From: Patescibacteria group bacterium
GTDB lineage: Bacteria > Patescibacteriota > Patescibacteriia > UBA1558 > GWA2-36-10
Direction: 5' to 3'
Length of the DNA: 64,000 nt
NCBI GenBank assembly: GCA_018819405.1
Contig: JAHJQF010000001.1
Location: 449,377-513,376 of the forward strand
Positions 62,081-64,000 of this stretch are shown here, one piece after another. The translations under genes and the position numbers were made by a program. The first letter of the stretch is position 1. Each line of letters begins with the position of its first letter. Under the pieces are notes generated by a model. It did no database searches. It was not told where the DNA came from and saw only the letters and a list, made by a program, of their open reading frames with translations.

Positions 62081-62136
62081 TTTATTTTAATAATTATCTA
62101 TTGGTTTTGATCAAATCCTTTAGGGATTTTTTCAAC

Positions 62137-62515
62137 TGGTGGAGATGAGGGGTATTACGCCCCTGTCTGACAAATTTCCAAACATACTTCTACAAGCTTA
62201 GCCAGTTTTGTTGTCTCGACACTTGGCTCTAAAATTGGCAAAAAACCAAATGTCCAGTTGGGAATGTTTTTGGGTAGGCCACTCCAACGATAGCTTTCCC
62301 TAGCCTAGTAAAATGACACCTCAAATTGATTCTAGGCAGTCAAAGTGAGATGGTTGTTGCAAATTTATGCTACAACTGTGGAAAGCTGAGGCATTGTAAA
62401 CAATGCTTTGACTCTCGCAAAAGTGTTTTTTGCACTTATTTTGATGATGTTTTAGGAGATCATAGCTCCACTTGCCGTATATTTTTTCATTTGACATCAA
62501 ATATATAACATCCCC
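62137..62515 (-). ncRNA. ssrA: tmRNA
   Basis: 5' GGGGAUG pairs with 3' CAUCUCC-A-CCA (G3:U70); internal tag ORF 62433-62365 AKNTFARVKALFTMPQLSTVVA-stop; directly downstream of smpB. Confidence 0.93.
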
Positions 62516-62520
62516 TCAAA

Positions 62521-62973
62521 TTAAAAATTTTTTAATTTTCTAAGGATATTCCTTTTGATATCACGTTTTTTGATATCTTCTCGCTTGTCAAATTTCTTTT
62601 TTCCTTTAACCAAGGCGATTTTTACCTTAATTAACCTTCGCGTAGTATACACTGAAACAGGTATAATTGTCAAGCCCTTTTCGTTGGTTTTGTTGGATAA
62701 ATATCCAATTTCTTTCTTATTTAGTAGGAGTTGGCGATCACGATCAGGGTTATAATTTTTGAGGCTACTGGCCAAAGCTTTGGAATAGGCTGGTATATGA
62801 GCCTTTTTTAGGTAAGCTTGACCATTTTTGATGGAAACAAAAGAACCTTTTAGACTTAAGTGGCCGCTTTTTACAGATTTTACCTCTTGGCCGGTCAATA
62901 CTAAACCAGCTTCAAATTCTTCTACAATTTTGAAACTAAAATAAGCTTCTTTATTTTTGGCCAAAACTGACAT
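62521..62973 (-). CDS. smpB: SsrA-binding protein SmpB
   Basis: NK.A.F, EAGLVLTGQEVKS, R.R.LLL.KKEI, GKKKFDKRE.IK.RD. Confidence 0.97.
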   Translation of the reverse strand: MSVLAKNKEAYFSFKIVEEFEAGLVLTGQEVKSVKSGHLSLKGSFVSIKNGQAYLKKAHIPAYSKALASSLKNYNPDRDRQLLLNKKEIGYLSNKTNEKGLTIIPVSVYTTRRLIKVKIALVKGKKKFDKREDIKKRDIKRNILRKLKNF

Positions 62974-63170
62974 TGATCTTTTTTAGTGATATGAAATTTG
63001 CGAGTAAACAAGCGCTCTACTCTATATATAGAGTAGCATGGAATTTGATCTTTTCAAAGAGCCCGTGAAGTGTAATATGGCGACAATATCCAAGAAAAAC
63101 AAATATTTAGCCTTTCCCCTGACAGGACTTTGACATTGACAGAGAAAATTTTTTTTGTTAATTTATTATA

Positions 63171-63283
63171 TCTTTTAGTTGGCTGTTTGCAGGCTATTTG
63201 TCAGTTTTGATTATTTCTTAGCGCCCCTCCTTGCTGAGAATAGTCATTTCTACTGACAGGTAGCCTCTAGGCAGTCATTTTTT
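63171..63283 (+). ncRNA. Putative rod-shaped small RNA with CCUCCUU apical loop
   Basis: TTGACA(63136)-17-TAATTT with TGn; long stem 63180-63277 with many G-U pairs on the + strand; ends in a U6 run. Confidence 0.6.
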
Positions 63284-63286
63284 GTC

Positions 63287-63323
63287 AAAAAAAATTAGGG
63301 GCCACGCGCTGAGCGGTGGCCCC
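63287..63323 (-). terminator. Intrinsic terminator of the large minus-strand RNA
   Basis: ggggccac / gtggcccc stem followed by a U8 run on the minus strand. Confidence 0.75.
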
Positions 63324-63334
63324 GTCTACGATGA

Positions 63335-63709
63335 ATGGTGGCTGCTACCACGACTAGTGAGGCACTGATTTGCGCCATGCACTATACTGGATTGAGGCAA
63401 TCCAGGCGTCTGAGCTTCGGCACGTTGGGGTCAATTCCCCCGTTTTTTAGAATGGACTTATTGCCTCTCTGAGAGCAGGCGGCCTTTCTAATTTGTTTGG
63501 AGAGGCGCTTCTCTCCGCCTTAGCTACAGCTCTGGGTGTGACCCTTTGGTCCGCAGACATTGGTTCTAGAGCTTCCCGTGCTGTTTGAGATTGTGGCATC
63601 CCAAGCAGTTTTTTGGCACGGACAGCCGTGTCGGCCGTGTCTAGATGTACCAAATTTCTGGTAACGTGATTGTCAACCAGGTCTATGGCGGGCTTTCGTC
63701 AACCACCAT
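63335..63709 (-). ncRNA. Putative large structured ncRNA (about 375 nt), family unknown
   Basis: Own promoter and terminator, paired 5'/3' ends, many helices, GC-rich relative to flanks, no convincing ORF. Confidence 0.65.
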
Positions 63710-63713
63710 GTTT

Positions 63714-63743
63714 ATTATATAACGAGTACTTTTGGGGTGTCAA
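63714..63743 (-). promoter_or_regulatory. Consensus sigma70 promoter for the large RNA
   Basis: TTGACA-18 bp-TATAAT, 4 nt before the closing stem. Confidence 0.7.
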
Positions 63744-63771
63744 TGACTCAAAAATTTGCTATAATTATCTT

Positions 63772-63912
63772 ATGGACGAAGGGCAAAAAAAGATATTGGT
63801 TTCTATAGCTGTATTTTTGGGAGTAATCATTACTTTTGCGGCATTATTATATATTGGGATGTTGCTCTTTACTAGAGATTTTGATTATTTTAATATCTTA
63901 AAAGCTTATTAA
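63772..63912 (+). CDS. Small (46 aa) single-TM protein, probably leaderless
   Basis: MDEGQKKILVSIAVFLGVIITFAALLYIGMLL...; TGcTATAAT just upstream of the ATG. Confidence 0.6.
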   Translation: MDEGQKKILVSIAVFLGVIITFAALLYIGMLLFTRDFDYFNILKAY

Positions 63913-64000
63913 ATATTAATTTTAAAAATATGTTTGGATTTATATTAGTAATTTTAGGTGTTTTATTTCTTTTTCAGGAAATGGGCATTATTAGTGGTGA

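Noticed and set aside
63180-63277. Rod RNA as SRP 4.5S or 6S RNA
   Set aside because: No GNRA tetraloop or CAGG/AGCA internal loop; too short and lacking the large central bubble of 6S.
63447-63653. 68-aa minus-strand ORF
   Set aside because: TTG start, no recognisable motif, and it lies within dense RNA helices; more likely incidental.
63335-63709. Large RNA as RNase P RNA (GACGAAAGCCCG resembles GAGGAAAGUCCG)
   Set aside because: The motif directly follows the closing stem with no room for P2/P3, and no 3' P4 partner (ACAGAA..CGGCUU) is visible. Not excluded without a covariance-model search.

Overview
AT-rich bacterial chromosome segment (standard code) whose gene content points to Patescibacteria/CPR, probably an ABY1/Parcubacteria-type lineage (inference). 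Content in order: (1) a PrgI/TraC/VirB4/VirB8-like/pilin T4SS-like cluster; (2) a REP-associated tyrosine transposase with its REP motifs; (3) recG; (4) tRNA-Arg(GCG), two tRNA-Ser genes and accessory genes; (5) comF, clpC, htpX, lemA, with a secreted FG-GAP/lipase gene between lemA and htpX; (6) fibre-like and Cys-rich surface proteins; (7) a complete type IV pilus locus with a catalytically degenerate PilT; (8) ligA, gatCA, a DsbA-like gene, lgt, MATE, tRNA-Asp; (9) an EamA-riboflavin kinase fusion; (10) a split PEP-synthase-like pair (wHTH-His-swivel protein plus stand-alone ATP-grasp domain) followed by a His-phosphatase; (11) a GC-richer radical SAM gene; (12) infC-rpmI-rplT, tmRNA and smpB. 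Best candidates for something undescribed: two convergent, apparently independently transcribed structured non-coding RNAs upstream of smpB (about 375 nt multibranch; about 105 nt rod with an anti-SD-like loop); a promoter-driven 42-nt tRNA-like minihelix ending in CCA; a family of about 130-145 bp covarying inverted-repeat elements just before start codons; and the putative wHTH/phospho-His writer-eraser module. All assignments come from motif reading by eye; no searches were run.
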